A DNA stretch of 9,684 nucleotides from Azolla caroliniana (taxonomy: Eukaryota > Plantae > Polypodiophyta), in contig JBHGNT010001342.1 of NCBI GenBank assembly GCA_043228905.1, positions 1 through 9,684 on the forward strand, in the 5' to 3' direction. Every line of letters begins with the position of its first letter. Position 1 is the first letter of the stretch. A program made the translations under genes and the position numbers. Shown in pieces: positions 8,022 to 9,684 of the stretch. Below the pieces are notes generated by a model. The model was not told the origin of the DNA. It did not search any database and saw only the letters and a program-made list of their open reading frames with translations.

Positions 8022-8420
8022 TTAAGTACTTTTGATCTTCGATGTGTAATCAGCCACCGACAAATCGTGTTGTCGCAAATTGCTCAACTCCTGTCGGAGT
8101 TGGAGCTTTCTAGTTGTGGTGCTTGCGGTGAAAATCATTTTCAGATTTCCCCAAGCAGCCTTTGGTGTTTTCGCATCCCGAATGTAGCTTAGAAGTTGTT
8201 CGCCCACATAAGACACGAAGCAGTAGAGGACTCTACTCGCCGACTGTTCTCATGTTGGGAAATCTCTATGTGTTGAATCGGGTGATGTGTCATTTGCTTC
8301 GTCGACGTAGCTCCAGTAACCGTGCCCGAGCAAGTACTGGTGCATCTTGTAAGACCAAGACGCGTAGTTGTTTCTGTCGAGTTTCTCTGTGGGAAGCGAG
8401 CTAGCCATGCCTCTATCCAT
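8022..8420 (-). pseudogene. gag: Ty1/copia gag N-terminus (DUF4219/UBN2-type), one internal stop, 3'-truncated
   Basis: MDRGMASSLPTEKLDRNNYASWSYKMHQYLLGHGYWSYVDE...FPT*EQSASRVLYCF...DAKTPKAAWGNLKMIF...RKLQLRQELSNLRQHDLSVADYTSKIK; TGA at 8250-8252; gag-like sequence ends near 8030. Confidence 0.92.
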
Positions 8421-8498
8421 TTTGTTTTTCCTATTCTTTACGAAGGTTAGGTTTTCTTCTTTGAGCTAAGGTCGGTTGCAGAGGTTCTCAACCCTCGC

Positions 8499-8510
8499 GC
8501 TCTGATACCA
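8499..8510 (-). other. PBS of element D, complementary to initiator tRNA-Met
   Basis: TGGTATCAGAGC immediately after the LTR end ...TTTTTACA. Confidence 0.97.
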
Positions 8511-8945
8511 TGTAAAAAGAATAACGTGCGGAATCAATCGAAAACCGAACAAAGAAACACAAGTTTAATGGAGAGCTTGAATATACACAGTACGCGGGAG
8601 AGAGAGAGAGAGAGAGAATGCACACAAACTCAATTCAAAAAATAATACTCAATCTATACATAGGATGTGCTCAGCGAGCACTTTTATACAAGTCCATATG
8701 GACTGACAAAAGTACTGACACGTACTTCAATGCTCATAAGTGAGCTCTACACTAACTCCCAAAATATATTCCTATGCAGAATATCTTTCCAACGGCCTCA
8801 CGGTTTACACACCGCTACGGCTTCTCGTTGCGTACCGATATGTGCACCCGTTTACGCACCGGTCCAACCTAACCGATCGATCCCAACTGATCCGGTTCTC
8901 GGCTTGCACAGCCGATCCGGCCTATGTTGAGCTTGTATCTCAACA
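8511..8945 (-). repeat. 5' LTR of element D (~435 bp)
   Basis: Starts TGTTGAG (8945), ends TTACA (8511); TATAAAAG at 8681-8688 on the minus strand; (GA)10 at 8598-8617. The outer boundary could alternatively be 9065. Confidence 0.8.
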
Positions 8946-9078
8946 TATACGTAGCATATATATACATATAAATATAAATACAACTAATTATAAATTGCCT
9001 TAAGCCTATTCGGCGTTCAACTGACTCAATGTTGTGGGCTCCAGTTGAGTGGACAAGCCCCAACAGTTCTCCCCCTCC
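8946..9078 (-). mobile_element. Element E: PPT and start of a 3' LTR of another minus-strand LTR element, interrupted by D
   Basis: Minus strand GGAGGGGGAGAA-C-TGTTGGGG (PPT 9067-9078, LTR start 9065). Confidence 0.6.
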
Positions 9079-9415
9079 GAGAAGCGACAAGGAGCAATGG
9101 GTAACAACCAAGGAACAGGGAGTAGCGATGAAGGAAAGCAACAAGCAGCGCGTGAAGAAGGAACAGGAAGCATGAAGAAGGAAGCAAGAAAAGAGAAAAC
9201 AGGGGGTAAATAGAAAGAAGGGGGAATTTGGGAATGAAACATTGGAAGAAATATACAATATAAATATTTTCATATACTATAAAAAATAGCCGGCTCATCC
9301 GGCTAGATTCCAATTGGTCGGAAATCCTGGCCAGAATCGATTCCGGCTATCCATAATGGTTGTTGTCAGTTGGCAAAAGTCCTGACTCCCTATTCAACCT
9401 TTGCCCAACACTATA

Positions 9416-9472
9416 ATATATATATATATATACATACATACATACATACTAATACATACATACATACATACA

Positions 9473-9504
<32 letters not shown>
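9416..9504. repeat. Compound microsatellite (TA)n + (TACA)n
   Basis: TA run 9416-9432, then TACA repeats to about 9504 with one interruption near 9450. Confidence 0.97.
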
Positions 9505-9505
<1 letters not shown>

Positions 9506-9683
9506 GACATGGAAATTAAATTTTTAGCATGTCATTTGACATGTATAATTTTTGGGCACCTTTCCCATGAAAAATGAAAATTGTAAGTTTATATGTCACT
9601 TGACATACATTTTTATTGGGTGTATGTTTTTGACGGGCAAAATGGCCTTAGACGGGCATGACACCCGTCAAATTCCTGCCCTG
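9505..9683. mobile_element. Probable terminus of a hAT-like DNA transposon or MITE
   Basis: Minus strand begins CAGGGCAGGAATTTGACGGG (CAGGG is a typical hAT TIR start); subterminal GACGGG/CCCGTC motifs at 9632, 9651 and 9664. The other end and TSD are not visible. Confidence 0.45.
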
Positions 9684-9684
9684 G

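Larger units (their letters stand above)
8022..8945 (-). mobile_element. Element D: truncated 5' end of a Ty1/copia retrotransposon
   Basis: LTR, tRNA-iMet PBS, short leader, gag start. Confidence 0.9.

Noticed and set aside
9287-9305. TAGCCGG-CTCAT-CCGGCTA hairpin as a terminator or Helitron end
   Set aside because: Eukaryotic context; not followed by a CTRR terminus at the expected spacing; probably an internal repeat motif (CCGGCTA recurs at 9343).
8667-9313. Hydrophobic ORFs 8869-9273, 9006-9242, 9026-9313 and + strand ORFs 8667-9003 as membrane or env proteins
   Set aside because: They arise from pyrimidine-rich low-complexity sequence open in all three frames and cross LTR boundaries.

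Overview
Eukaryotic, repeat-derived DNA, most likely from a non-seed land plant such as a fern (inferred from the element types, not proven). No host gene is recognisable. The window is a stack of nested, decaying LTR retrotransposons. (A) 1-3076, + strand: 3' end of an LTR element carrying a >840-codon hydrophilic accessory ORF (broken by three TAG stops), then a PPT and a ~554-bp 3' LTR. It is inserted into (B) 3077-4836, - strand: the 5' part of a Tf1/sushi/Tcn1-type Ty3/gypsy element (440-bp LTR, gag with CCHC knuckle, -1 frameshift signal, start of pol). B is inserted into (C) 4837-6165, + strand: a Tnt1/Tork-like Ty1/copia RT-RNaseH remnant with PPT and 577-bp 3' LTR. 6166-8021 is unexplained AT-rich DNA. 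(D) 8022-8945, - strand: truncated copia 5' end (LTR, tRNA-iMet PBS, gag N-terminus), apparently inserted in the 3' LTR of (E), another minus-strand element with a PPT at 9067-9078. A (TA)n/(TACA)n microsatellite and a probable hAT-like DNA transposon end close the window. The most interesting signals are in B (self-priming PBS complementary to the predicted transcript 5' end, a palindrome over the start site, a perfect heat-shock element, a tRNA-like B-box in U3, a frameshift hairpin) and in the accessory ORF of A (NLS-like motifs and tandem LC8-type TQT motifs just before a long coiled coil).
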